This document shows, one piece after another, positions 33,177 through 48,050 of a stretch of 64,000 nt of DNA. The stretch comes from an uncultured Nitrospiraceae bacterium (GTDB taxonomy: Bacteria > Nitrospirota > Thermodesulfovibrionia > Thermodesulfovibrionales > Dissulfurispiraceae). The position numbers and the translations under genes are program-made. The notes beneath the pieces were generated by a model, which was not told where the DNA came from, ran no database searches, and was given only the letters and a program-made list of their open reading frames with translations. Position 1 is the stretch's first letter; each line of letters opens with the position of its first letter. Where the stretch lies: contig CAVPIW010000014.1 of NCBI GenBank assembly GCA_963705105.1, forward strand, positions 128,001-192,000. Reading direction: 5' to 3'.

Positions 33177-33373
33177 CCTTATCGTTGCATGCGCTTTCCG
33201 GAAAGGAGGGGTGTATGTGCCGAAAACCTTGCTGCGGCGACACCTTAACCGTCACAGAGGACGGTGGTTCAAGCTGATGTCTGAAAAAGTGAGCCCTTTA
33301 CTGACACTCACACTGTCACTGACACTGTCTTTCAGAGGCGCTTCGCCCCTCCTTTCCATGCAAACGAACACGG
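33177..33373 (+). repeat. Family A element, A2 type, with compensatory stem change
   Basis: GGAAAGGAGGGG (33200-33211) pairs with CCCCTCCTTTCC (33346-33357). Confidence 0.9.
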
Positions 33374-33377
33374 TTTA

Positions 33378-35801
<2,424 letters not shown>

Positions 35802-36014
35802 TCACCGTTCACAATTCAAGGTTCGAGGTTCACTCACACAAAGCGAATAAGTCATATGAGACCTATTTATATGTCATATAGGACCTATTATTATATCACT
35901 ATTGACCGTTTTCTGACGGATGGGCCTTCTGCGGCAGTATACGCGTGCCGGGGCAGAGCATTCAGGCATGCCGCAACGAGAGATCTTTTCCTGCGGCCGG
36001 AGCCGGTCAGTCCC

Positions 36015-37127
36015 TCACAGCCTCATCGGCATGATGAGGCACCTGTAATCGTCCCTCCCCTCCTCGGTGAGAATCGTCGAGCTGAGGGGATCGTTGAGCC
36101 GGAGCATGACGTTGTCGGCGCTCATGACATTCAGGGCATCGAGGATGTACCGGGCGTTGAAGGCGATCGTCATCGGCTCCGCACCATAGGACACGGCAAT
36201 TTCATCCTTCGCTTCTCCCATGTCCGGGTGCGATGCCGCTATGGTCATTGAATCAGCCGCAATGTCGACCCTGACAGCGTTGCTCCGCTCCCTGCTCATG
36301 ACGGAAACCCTGCGGAGAGACTTGGAGAGAACATTCCGGTCAACGGTGAGGATCTTGTCGCAGCTCTGGGGAATGACCTGTTCGTAATTCGGATAAATTC
36401 CCTCGATAAGCCGGGCCAGGAAAGACAGGTCCTTCACCCGAAAGAGGACGTGGTTGACTCCGACGGACATCTCGACAGCCGACGAATCGTCCGGCAGGAA
36501 CCTCCTCAGCTCGGCGGCGGTCCTCCGGGAGATGATGAGCTTTCGTTCGCCCTGCACGGTCATCTTTGAAAATTTGCCGGCCTCTCTCTCGATCAGCGCC
36601 AGTCTGTGGCCGTCCGTTCCCACGACGCACAGGACGCCTTCGGGCCTGAAGTGGAAGAGCAGACCGTTTAACACATATCTCGTGTCCGATTCTCCCGCCG
36701 CGTAGAGGGTACGTTCGATGATGTCGAGCAGTTCCGACGATGGAAGAGTCAGCTCCTCGGGGTTATCGATCACCGGCCAGACGGGGTACTCGTCGGCATT
36801 GAGGCAGGCAAGGCGGAAGAAGCTCTTTCCGCTCTGCACGCGCAGCCAGTTGCCGTCCTCCGATTCCAGAGCGACGTCGTCTTCCATTTCCCGGACGATC
36901 TCAAAAAGCTTGCGTGCAGGTATGCAGAGGTTGCCTCCTTCGCCGACGGAGAGTTCAATGGGCTCCCTGAAGGCCGTCTCAAGGTCCGTCGCGGTGATCG
37001 ACGACCCGTCCGGGGAGGCCGCAAGAAGGAAATGGCTCAAAATAGGCATGGTGTTTTTCTTCTCGACGATATTCTGTATATCAGAGAGTTTCCTCTGCAA
37101 TTCTTCCCTGCCGACAGTCGCTTTCAT
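36015..37127 (-). CDS. dnaN: DNA polymerase III beta clamp
   Basis: ATDLE, GTDGHRLA and IMPMRL motifs; located between dnaA and gyrB. Confidence 0.97.
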   Translation of the reverse strand: MKATVGREELQRKLSDIQNIVEKKNTMPILSHFLLAASPDGSSITATDLETAFREPIELSVGEGGNLCIPARKLFEIVREMEDDVALESEDGNWLRVQSGKSFFRLACLNADEYPVWPVIDNPEELTLPSSELLDIIERTLYAAGESDTRYVLNGLLFHFRPEGVLCVVGTDGHRLALIEREAGKFSKMTVQGERKLIISRRTAAELRRFLPDDSSAVEMSVGVNHVLFRVKDLSFLARLIEGIYPNYEQVIPQSCDKILTVDRNVLSKSLRRVSVMSRERSNAVRVDIAADSMTIAASHPDMGEAKDEIAVSYGAEPMTIAFNARYILDALNVMSADNVMLRLNDPLSSTILTEEGRDDYRCLIMPMRL

Positions 37128-37139
37128 GTTGTCCTCCGC

Positions 37140-38474
37140 TTAGATCCCTTTGATGCGGCCTATGATAACCTCTATGACCCTGTTGAGGTTGTCGTCTCTG
37201 CTCCTCTTGTCCTCTATCTGCTTGCAGGCATAAATGACCGTTGCGTGGTCCTTGCCTCCGAAACCGGCCCCGATTTCACTGAGCGACAGCTGCGTGAGCT
37301 GCTTCGTTATGTACATCGCCACCTGGCGGGCATTCGCAATCTCCTTTGTCCTTTTCTTCGTCTTCAGATCGAGAAACCTGATACCGTAATACTCACTGAT
37401 GACTTTCTGTATATAGTCGACAGTGATCGCCTTCTCCTCCTCAGAGATCACGTCCTTCAGCACATTTTTTGTCATGCTGATATCGATGGGCTGGCCTGTA
37501 AGGGACGCATGAGCGCCAAGCTTAATGAGGCACCCCTCCAGTTCCCGGATGTTCGATTTTACTTTTTTTGCAATAAAATAGGCGACGTCTTCGGGTATCT
37601 TCAGTCCCTCCATGTCCGCCTTCTTATAGATAATCGCCACCTTGGTCTCTATCTCCGGTGGCTGAATATCGGCGATGAGACCCATGCTGAACCTCGACCG
37701 CAGCCTGTCCGTTATATCGGATATTTCCAGCGGCGCCCTGTCGCTTGATATGACGATCTGGCGCTGCTTTTCATAGAGAGCGTTGAAGGTGTGGAAAAAT
37801 TCCTCCTGCGTCGTCGTTTTTCCGGCGATGAACTGTATGTCATCAACGAGAAGGATATCGGCATTCCGGTATTTGTCCTTGAATTCGGCCATCCTTTCAT
37901 GGCGGATGGCCGAGATGACCTCGTTGGTGAACTGCTCCGCAGAGATATAGTAAGCCGTGATGTCCGGGCTTCTGTCAACGATTGTGTTGCCGATGGCATT
38001 CATGATGTGTGTCTTGCCGAGGCCGACGCCTCCGTATATGAAAAGGGGATTATAGGCGGACCCGGGATTTTCACAGACTCTCTTGGCGGCGGCATGCACG
38101 AACTGGTTGGAAGGTCCCACCACGAAGGTATCGAACGTATACTTAGGGTTGAGGAATATCCCTCTCGTCGCCAGCTTCGTCCTTCTGTTTTCGAGTCTTG
38201 AATCGAGTCTCCTCAGTACGATATCCTCTTTGCCGGAAATCTTGTACTTTACGGTCACAGGATTTCCGACGATACCTTCCAGGGTCTCTCCGATGATGTT
38301 CGGATAGTAATCCTCTATCCATTCTTTAAAAAACCTGTTCGGAATCTCTATGGTAGCGACCCGTTCCTTCAGGTTCAGAAACTTCATCGGCTTGAACCAG
38401 AGCTCAAAGAGGCGCTCTCCGACTTTTTCGGCTATCCGCGGCAGACTCTTTTCCCAGATATCGTCACTGACCAA
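37140..38474 (-). CDS. dnaA: Chromosomal replication initiator DnaA
   Basis: YNPLFIYGGVGLGKTH, DDIQF, RELEG and FGGKDHATV motifs. Confidence 0.98.
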   Translation of the reverse strand: MVSDDIWEKSLPRIAEKVGERLFELWFKPMKFLNLKERVATIEIPNRFFKEWIEDYYPNIIGETLEGIVGNPVTVKYKISGKEDIVLRRLDSRLENRRTKLATRGIFLNPKYTFDTFVVGPSNQFVHAAAKRVCENPGSAYNPLFIYGGVGLGKTHIMNAIGNTIVDRSPDITAYYISAEQFTNEVISAIRHERMAEFKDKYRNADILLVDDIQFIAGKTTTQEEFFHTFNALYEKQRQIVISSDRAPLEISDITDRLRSRFSMGLIADIQPPEIETKVAIIYKKADMEGLKIPEDVAYFIAKKVKSNIRELEGCLIKLGAHASLTGQPIDISMTKNVLKDVISEEEKAITVDYIQKVISEYYGIRFLDLKTKKRTKEIANARQVAMYITKQLTQLSLSEIGAGFGGKDHATVIYACKQIEDKRSRDDNLNRVIEVIIGRIKGI

Positions 38475-38499
38475 AACTATTTTCTCCGTGAAGAGGACG

Positions 38500-38830
38500 G
38501 GTGTTTCGGATGATTTTTTACTCTATTTGTGAACAAGTTACTAACAATTGTTAATAACCTCGTCTCCGTTTCCAGCACATTATAGCCTATCGGTGAAGAG
38601 GAGGGCAAATAACATGTGAAGTATTTTTTAAGTCCTCCCCGAATGCCCCGGCGCGTACTCCACCATAATAGAAAGTCATTCTTCCTACCCTCATAACTAA
38701 TTGTTTATTTTATTAATTTTAAGATTTCAAACAATTGAACAGCGCCTACTAACTCGACTATCTTTTTATTACTAAAAGATAATAGTAGAGACTCTTTCAA
38801 AAATGAATCGGTACATAAAATATAGCCGCA
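38500..38830. other. Probable oriC
   Basis: AT-rich non-coding region upstream of dnaA with degenerate DnaA-box-like 9-mers (38528-38536, 38538-38546, 38549-38557) and ACT/TAG trinucleotide runs near 38745-38790. The dnaA-dnaN gap is only 12 bp. Confidence 0.6.
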
Positions 38831-38879
38831 AACCGGAGTGTACGTGTTTCTTTTTTTATGCGACGATTATGAGCCGCTT

Positions 38880-40011
38880 TTACTCCTGCCCGGAATGAAC
38901 ATGCCTCATGCTTTTTACGGATCTCAGGTATCCCTCGATGAAGACGTCTATGTCTCCATCGAGGACGGCATCGACATTACCGACCTCGATGCCGGTCCTG
39001 TGGTCCTTGACGAGACGGTAGGGTTGCAACACATAGGAGCGGATCTGGTTACCCCAGGAAATGTCCTTCTTGTCACCGGCGAAGTCCTCCATCTTCTTCT
39101 CTCTTTCCTTCTGCTGCAGATCGTAGAGCCTGGATCTCAGGATCTTCATCGCCATCTCCCTGTTTCTGTGCTGGGAGCGTTCGCTTTGGCAGGCGACGAT
39201 GATGCCGGAAGGCATATGGGTGATTCTGACGGCCGATGATACCTTATTGACGTGCTGGCCCCCCGCTCCGGACGAACGGAAGGTATCGAGCTTGATATCC
39301 TCATCCCTGATGTCGATGGCGCCGTCCTCTGCAATTTCAGGATAGACGAGGACTGCGGAGAATGAGGTATGCCGTCTCTTGTTCGCATCGAAGGGAGAAA
39401 TCCTCACGAGGCGATGGATGCCTGCTTCGGTCTTCATATAGCCATAGGCATAGGGACCCTCGATGGAAAAGGTGACGGACTTGATCCCCGCTTCCTCGGC
39501 CATCTGGAGATCCATGACCTCGGACTTGAAGCCGCGCCGTTCACACCACTTCAGATACATCTTCATGAGCATCTCGGCCCAGTCCATACTCTCGATGCCG
39601 CCTGCACCGGGATGGATCATGACGATGGCGTTGTTTCTGTCCACATCTCCCGAGAGGAGCAGCCTGAGTTCGATATCATCGAGATAATTGCGAAGTCCCG
39701 TCAGTTCGCGATTGATCTCTTCGAAGAAGATTTCACCTTCATCTTCATTGAGAATGGAGAGGGATTCATCGAGATATGTGACCTTCTCGGAGGCAAAATC
39801 GAGGGGGATGATAAGATCCTGGATGGAGGATTTCTTTTTTTGAAGGTCTCTCAGTTTTTCGGCCGATGACCAGACGTCTTCTTTGGAAAGGTCATCGTCG
39901 ATTCGTGACAGCTCGGCTTTGAGTCCGTCGATATCAAAGATAACCTCTGAGAGAGAGAACGCGTTCCTTGAGTTCCGCCAGCGAATCCTTCAATTCATTC
40001 TGAAGAAGCAT
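38880..40011 (-). CDS. prfB: Peptide chain release factor 2 (+1 programmed frameshift)
   Basis: ATG at 40011; AGAGGT-TAT-CTT-TGA-T shift site (CTT 39939-39937). The +1 frame is open into the SPF and GGQ motifs. Confidence 0.95.
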
Positions 40012-40013
40012 TT

Positions 40014-41606
40014 TTAACCTCCTGACGGGGCTTTCCACTGTCTGCTTCCCATGATCATGAACAACGAGCAGAGAATACAGAAATAGGAGAAGATGTCCCC
40101 GTATTTTGTGTAAACAGTAAGAGTTGTATTCGTATGTATCTCCCCGGAGAGAAAAGTCCTCTCAAAGAGACCGATCGTTTTTACAATCCTGCCGCGGCTG
40201 TCGATGAAACCGGAAATGCCCGAATTTGCCGCCCTCACGACAGGCTTTCTGTTTTCCACGGCCCTGAAGACGGCCATGCTGAAATGCTGATAAGGTCCAT
40301 TGGTCCGTCCGAACCAGGCGTCGTTCGTCACGGTGACGATGAAGTCCCCTCCGTGGGGATAGGACTTGCGGACCAGTCCCGGGAAAATGATTTCATAGCA
40401 AATATGAACGCCGAAGCTGCCAAAGGGTGTTATTGCTCTTGTATGGCTTTCTCCCGGAACATAGTCACCGATTCCGTACACGAGCTTGTCGATGAAGAAG
40501 AGGAGCGACCGGAGCGGGACATATTCACCAAACGGCACTAAGTGAATTTTATCATATATATACGATACTTTTCCATCCCGAGTCAGGAGCACGGCGCTGT
40601 TGGTGAAGGTGCTCTTCCTGTCGACGGAGGTGTCGTCACCCTTCGGCCTGCTTTCCAGTATGCTCCCGAAGAGAAGGTATGCATTCATCTGACGCTGGAA
40701 GGCCAGGAAGTCTTCCGTCGGTTTGCGGTCGGCCATAAAGATGAAGGGAAGAGCCGTTTCAGGCCAGATGACGAGATGGGGAGTGTCATTCCTGACGGCT
40801 GTCCTGGTCAGATCGAGATACACGGAAAGGACCTGTTTCTGGTAGGAGGGGTTCCACTTCATGTCCTGCTCAATGTTGCCCTGGATGAGAGAGACTTTCA
40901 CAGTCGTGCCCGGCTGTTCATCCATCAGCCTCGCCATCCCGTACGCAAGGGACAGGAGCAGTACGGCAGCGAGGACAGCGAAGCCTGAAAGAGTGGGAAG
41001 ACGGGAAAAGAGGGGCCGGTCCTCCATTCTCCTCCGGAGAAGAAAGGCGTCGGCGATAGCCCCGCTGAAAGAGACGATGAGGAAGGAGATGCCATAAATG
41101 CCCGTTATATCGGCAATTTGGATCATGGGGAGAAAGGCATGCTGGCTGTATCCCAGGCTTGACCAGGGGAAACCCGTAAATGCATAGGACCGGACGAATT
41201 CGAGGGTCGTCCAGAAAGCGGGCGCAACGATGAGGGCCGGCAGGTTCGTCCGTGCGATCGTCTGTGAAAACAGCAGGGAGAAGACGGCCGTGTATACACT
41301 CAGACACAGGCACAGCAACAGGACGATGACGAGGCTCGGTATGAAAGGGATGGAGCCGTAATGGTGGATGGAATGATAGATCCAGTATGTGGTCGAGAAG
41401 AAATAGACGATGCCGAAGATAAATCCCGACGACAGGGCCTGTCGTTTTTCCGCCCCGTAGAGGGAGACGAGAAGGGGAACGAGCGAAACCCAGGCCAGGG
41501 GGTAAAGATCGATCGTCGGGAAGGACAGAAAAAGGAGCAGGCCCGACAGGAGCGCCGGCCAGAAGGACAGAAAAAAATCGGTTATATATGTATATATTTT
41601 ATTCAA
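40014..41606 (-). CDS. lnt: Apolipoprotein N-acyltransferase
   Basis: TGFPW, QGNI, WPETA, KIHLVPFGEYVP, ICYE and TNDAWFG motifs. Confidence 0.95.
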   Translation of the reverse strand: MNKIYTYITDFFLSFWPALLSGLLLFLSFPTIDLYPLAWVSLVPLLVSLYGAEKRQALSSGFIFGIVYFFSTTYWIYHSIHHYGSIPFIPSLVIVLLLCLCLSVYTAVFSLLFSQTIARTNLPALIVAPAFWTTLEFVRSYAFTGFPWSSLGYSQHAFLPMIQIADITGIYGISFLIVSFSGAIADAFLLRRRMEDRPLFSRLPTLSGFAVLAAVLLLSLAYGMARLMDEQPGTTVKVSLIQGNIEQDMKWNPSYQKQVLSVYLDLTRTAVRNDTPHLVIWPETALPFIFMADRKPTEDFLAFQRQMNAYLLFGSILESRPKGDDTSVDRKSTFTNSAVLLTRDGKVSYIYDKIHLVPFGEYVPLRSLLFFIDKLVYGIGDYVPGESHTRAITPFGSFGVHICYEIIFPGLVRKSYPHGGDFIVTVTNDAWFGRTNGPYQHFSMAVFRAVENRKPVVRAANSGISGFIDSRGRIVKTIGLFERTFLSGEIHTNTTLTVYTKYGDIFSYFCILCSLFMIMGSRQWKAPSGG

Positions 41607-41621
41607 GCAACAATGCGTATT

Positions 41622-41685
41622 GCAGGGTCTGCTCCCCGAGCAGTCCGCTTCCTCTATGCCCGGTCCTTCGGGGAACGGCCCCTAC
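41622..41685. repeat. Inverted REP-like doublet (REPIN-like)
   Basis: GCAGGGTCTGCTCCCCGAGCAGTCCG ... CGGTCCTTCGGGGAACGGCCCCTAC. Confidence 0.55.
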
Positions 41686-41897
41686 ACGATTCTATCCCGT
41701 GTAGTATCTTTAGAGTGTACTATAGCAATATGGATACCATACCGTCGATCACATCACAACAGGAACAGGTCCTGAAAGATGCTTTCCGGGGCCTTTACAA
41801 AGCTATGGTAAGTGTGTCACCGGCTCAACGCTATGTCTGTCTTTTCAGACAATGGCAGAACGAATAATGCCGGGAAATATGTTATCATAAATCAGCT

Positions 41898-44353
<2,456 letters not shown>

Positions 44354-44388
44354 GAAGGGACCGGTCATTCATCAGAGGCAAGGAGAAG

Positions 44389-44946
44389 ATGGAGAAGAGA
44401 AAAAGAATCGTCTTTCTCGGTGATTCACTGACGGAGTGGTTTGATTGGATCGGATATTTCCCCGAATACGAGGTGCTCAATCTCGGCGTGTCAGGGGAGC
44501 GGGTCGAGGAGCTTCTCGATCGTCTCGACAGGATCCACGCGCGCATCGATGAGCCGGATATCCTGTTCATCATGACGGGCATCAACAACATCGCCATGGA
44601 TGACTATGAGATAACCGGCTACTACCGGGCCGTCATCGAGCGCCTCACGTCGTGGTACCCGCGGACGATGATCGTGATCCAGAGCCTTCTGCCCGTTGAT
44701 CTGCACTGGATAGACAACGGCATCATCAACGGCCTAAACCTGTCCCTTCAGGGCATCGCCGACGCCTTCAGGACGGAATACCTGAATGTTTACAGTCATT
44801 TCGTCAACCAGGAGGGCCGCCTCATCCCCGCGTATCTCCTCGATGACGGCGTTCATATCAGCGACGAGGGATACAGGGTCTGGGCAAGCGTTGTGGCGGC
44901 CTATCTCGCCGCCCTGAGGGAGCGTCCTGAGTGCCCGCCGGCGTAA
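44389..44946 (+). CDS. GDSL/SGNH hydrolase
   Basis: FLGDSLT, G, GINN and DGVH blocks. Confidence 0.9.
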   Translation: MEKRKRIVFLGDSLTEWFDWIGYFPEYEVLNLGVSGERVEELLDRLDRIHARIDEPDILFIMTGINNIAMDDYEITGYYRAVIERLTSWYPRTMIVIQSLLPVDLHWIDNGIINGLNLSLQGIADAFRTEYLNVYSHFVNQEGRLIPAYLLDDGVHISDEGYRVWASVVAAYLAALRERPECPPA

Positions 44947-45120
44947 CAGCCGTTGTCTCCGGGAAGGCAGATATGGTTCAAAGCCTTTCAACCTTTGCCT
45001 TCCCATGCAGACCATTTCAGGACAACGGCTGAAAAAAGGGAGAACCTTTTTGCTGACACGCGCACTGTCACTGACACTGTTTTCAAGAGCGCTTCGCCCC
45101 GTCTTTTCATTCAGGGTATA
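44947..45120 (+). repeat. Chimeric element: truncated B hairpin plus A2 right end
   Basis: B left arm at 44960 enclosed by CAGCCGTTGTC/GACAACGGCTG, then the hexamer tract and GAGCGCTTCGCCCCGTCTTTTC..GGGTATA. Confidence 0.75.
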
Positions 45121-45136
45121 ATAAGACAATGACTCA

Positions 45137-47200
45137 ATGATTCTCTGGGGAGGGAACGTGATTGCTGTCATTCTTGCTGTTGTTCTGATGCTCATTTCCG
45201 CTTTGCCCGTTTTTTGCCAGTCCCACCGGCCGGCAATGAAGGAGGGTGTACACCCCCGTGTCCACGGGATGCTCTCCCGTCTTGAACGGGAAACGCTTAC
45301 GAAGGGGCCTTTCCACGGGGACATGTTCGCCCGGCAGCGGGGCATGCGGACGGCGGGACAGGACAACGTGACGGTGTTCCTCTATGCCGATCCGGGCCTG
45401 TCGGCCGAATCGATCGACAGGGCGGGCCTGCGTCTCCACGGCGCCGAGGTGATCAAGAGCTCCGGCAATGTGATGAAAGCGAGAGTGCCGGCCGGGAAGA
45501 TCACCGCCATAGCGGAAACCGTCGGGGGGGTATCGTTCGTCGGCCTTCCTGACAGTCAATATACAGAGGCGATTTCGAGCGAGGGTGTCGGTCTGACCGG
45601 AGCGGACGGGTATCGCGCCACGGGCTCTGACGGAGCCGGTGTGAAAGTCTGTGTCATCGATGTGGGGTTCTCCGGCCTGGCCGACGCAATCCAGGCAGGT
45701 GAGTTTCCGAACCGGATCTTTGCCTACGATTGCTCCGGAACGGCCTGTTCATCCCGGGCCCCCCAGGAGATCTTTGCCGATACGACACGCCACGGCACGG
45801 CCGTGGCCGAAATCATCAGCGATATGGCGCCGGGCGCCGATCTCTATCTCATCAAGACCGATGACTCCATTGACCTCGTCGATGCGAAGGATCTCTGCAT
45901 TTCCCAGGGCGGCCGGATCGTGAATCACTCGGCATCTTTCCGGAACGTCAACTTCCTCGGCGGAGAGTGCTACAACAGGAACCCCGTCTGCACCGTCGAT
46001 GATGCCTTCTCCAGGGGCGTTCTCTGGGTGAACGCCGCCGGCAACTATGGCCAGAGCCACTACACGGCTGTATTCTCCGATACCGACGGAGACGGCCTGC
46101 ATAATGTGACGGGTGGAAGCAACTGCATCGGATTTTTTGCAGGAGCATTCACGGAGGTGGACGTCTTTGTCGCCTGGGACGGCTGGCCGGTGACGGACCA
46201 GGACTATGACCTGTACCTGCTGGACAGCTCCGGCAACGCAATCGATGCGAGCCTGGGCATCCAGACGGGCATCCAGCCCCCGACGGAGGAGCTCTTCAGC
46301 ATTGTGCCGCGCACGGGTTTTTATTGCATCGCCATCGATAAATATTCAGCAAACAGGAATCACTCGTTCATGGTCGTGACGCCCGGCATAGACCTGTCGC
46401 CGAATGTGCCGCAGACCAGCCTCGGCTCTCCTGCCGACGCCCGGGGTGCGCTGTCCGTGGGCGCTCTCTCCGTCTCCGCCTGGACGACGGGGCCCGTCGC
46501 CGGCTACAGCTCTCAGGGACCGACCCGTGACGGGAGGCTGAAACCGGAAATCGTCGCGCCGACGTCGGTGTCGACCTTTTCTTTCGGATCGGAACCCTTT
46601 GCCGGGACAAGCTCCTCGGCGCCGTACGTGGCGGGAGCCGCGGCGCTCATTCTCTCCGGAAACCCCGGCTATACGGCCGCCCAGTTGAGGGAGGCCCTTC
46701 TCGCATCAGCCCTGGACATGGATTTGCCGGGTCAGGACAACATATCCGGCTACGGACGGCTGAATTTGCAGCCGGTCTTGCCTGTCCCTCTCGGACAAAA
46801 GAGATTGCCGTACGCACCGGAGGTCCAACCTGTGAACAATACCGTACCGGAACAGGCGAAACCCCTGTCGGTCGGCGCAGTGGCGCAGGCGGGGGCGACG
46901 CTGAATCTGCGCATAAGCTTCCTGCCCTTCACGGGGGCGGTCGATATATACGTGGCTCTTTTTGCTCCGGCCGTGTCCCCGGACCTCTTTCTCATCCATC
47001 CCGATCTTCTGCCCCGGCCCGCCTCGCAGGGAGTGGTGCCATGGAGGGCGGGCACAAGAGGACCCGTCAATGAGTCTCTGTACGGGGACATCGCTGTCAG
47101 GAGCCTGCCGCCGGGAAGGTATGAGGTGCTTGTGGCCGTGACTCCCGCCGGTAAGACGGACAGCTATGTCCTGTGGGATACTTTCTTTGATGTCCCCTGA
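45137..47200 (+). CDS. Exported S8 (subtilisin-like) serine peptidase
   Basis: Catalytic triad motifs VIDVGF, HGTAVA and GTSSSAP; signal peptide. Confidence 0.9.
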   Translation: MILWGGNVIAVILAVVLMLISALPVFCQSHRPAMKEGVHPRVHGMLSRLERETLTKGPFHGDMFARQRGMRTAGQDNVTVFLYADPGLSAESIDRAGLRLHGAEVIKSSGNVMKARVPAGKITAIAETVGGVSFVGLPDSQYTEAISSEGVGLTGADGYRATGSDGAGVKVCVIDVGFSGLADAIQAGEFPNRIFAYDCSGTACSSRAPQEIFADTTRHGTAVAEIISDMAPGADLYLIKTDDSIDLVDAKDLCISQGGRIVNHSASFRNVNFLGGECYNRNPVCTVDDAFSRGVLWVNAAGNYGQSHYTAVFSDTDGDGLHNVTGGSNCIGFFAGAFTEVDVFVAWDGWPVTDQDYDLYLLDSSGNAIDASLGIQTGIQPPTEELFSIVPRTGFYCIAIDKYSANRNHSFMVVTPGIDLSPNVPQTSLGSPADARGALSVGALSVSAWTTGPVAGYSSQGPTRDGRLKPEIVAPTSVSTFSFGSEPFAGTSSSAPYVAGAAALILSGNPGYTAAQLREALLASALDMDLPGQDNISGYGRLNLQPVLPVPLGQKRLPYAPEVQPVNNTVPEQAKPLSVGAVAQAGATLNLRISFLPFTGAVDIYVALFAPAVSPDLFLIHPDLLPRPASQGVVPWRAGTRGPVNESLYGDIAVRSLPPGRYEVLVAVTPAGKTDSYVLWDTFFDVP

Positions 47201-47201
47201 C

Positions 47202-48026
47202 TCATAGGGCGATCTCCAGGCCTTCCCTCGCCATGCATGCGTTCGGAAAGAGCCTCTGGCATTCCTTCTCCACGCCCATCAGGAAAACATCGTCATGCTC
47301 CGAGTCGTGGTGGAAGAGGGCCAGCGTTTTTACCCGGGCTGCCAGGGCCACTTCAATGGCCTGCTCCCAGCTGCTGTGCCCCCAGCCTCTTTTTTTCTTC
47401 AGCTCTTCGGGAGTGTACTGGGCGTCATGGATGAGCAGGTCGGCGTCCTGCGCGAGAGACACGACGTTTGCATCGATGCCGTCGCTGTGCTCCACATCCG
47501 TGCAATAGACCAGCGACTTGCCTGCCTCGGTGATGCGGTAGCCGTAGGCGCCGCCGGGGTGGTTGTGCCGTGACGTCCTGATGGTGACGCCTGCCGGCGT
47601 CCTGAACTCGTTTATGTCCGGCTGCCAGAAGGTCAGGCGCGCGCCCATCTCGTTCAACTGCACGGGAAAGTAGTCCTGCTGCATCTGGGCTGCGAAGATG
47701 CTCTCCAGGTTGGCGGTTTTTCTGTCTTTGCCGCAGATCGCTATCGTGAAGTGCCGTGAGGGATCATAGGCGGGCTTGAAGAAGGGGAACCCCTGGATGT
47801 GGTCCCAGTGGGTGTGGGACAGGCCGATAAAAATGTTGTCATATTGCTCAATCGAGCGGGCTGCGAAATCGTTGCCGAGCCTTCGTATCCCCGTGCCGGC
47901 GTCGAGGACACCGATTCTGCCGTTTCCGAAGGTGACGAGGAGGCAGGGCGTGTTGCCCCCGAACCGGGAGAATTCCGGCTCGGCCACGGGAATGGAGCCT
48001 CTGGTGCCGTAGAAGGTGACTTTCAA
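47202..48026 (-). CDS. MBL-fold metallohydrolase (possible cyclic-nucleotide phosphodiesterase)
   Basis: GTRGSIP, GGNTPC, SHTHWDHIQG and GWGHS motifs. Confidence 0.85.
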   Translation of the reverse strand: MKVTFYGTRGSIPVAEPEFSRFGGNTPCLLVTFGNGRIGVLDAGTGIRRLGNDFAARSIEQYDNIFIGLSHTHWDHIQGFPFFKPAYDPSRHFTIAICGKDRKTANLESIFAAQMQQDYFPVQLNEMGARLTFWQPDINEFRTPAGVTIRTSRHNHPGGAYGYRITEAGKSLVYCTDVEHSDGIDANVVSLAQDADLLIHDAQYTPEELKKKRGWGHSSWEQAIEVALAARVKTLALFHHDSEHDDVFLMGVEKECQRLFPNACMAREGLEIAL

Positions 48027-48050
48027 CCGCGCCGTCCCCGGTTCACCTGT

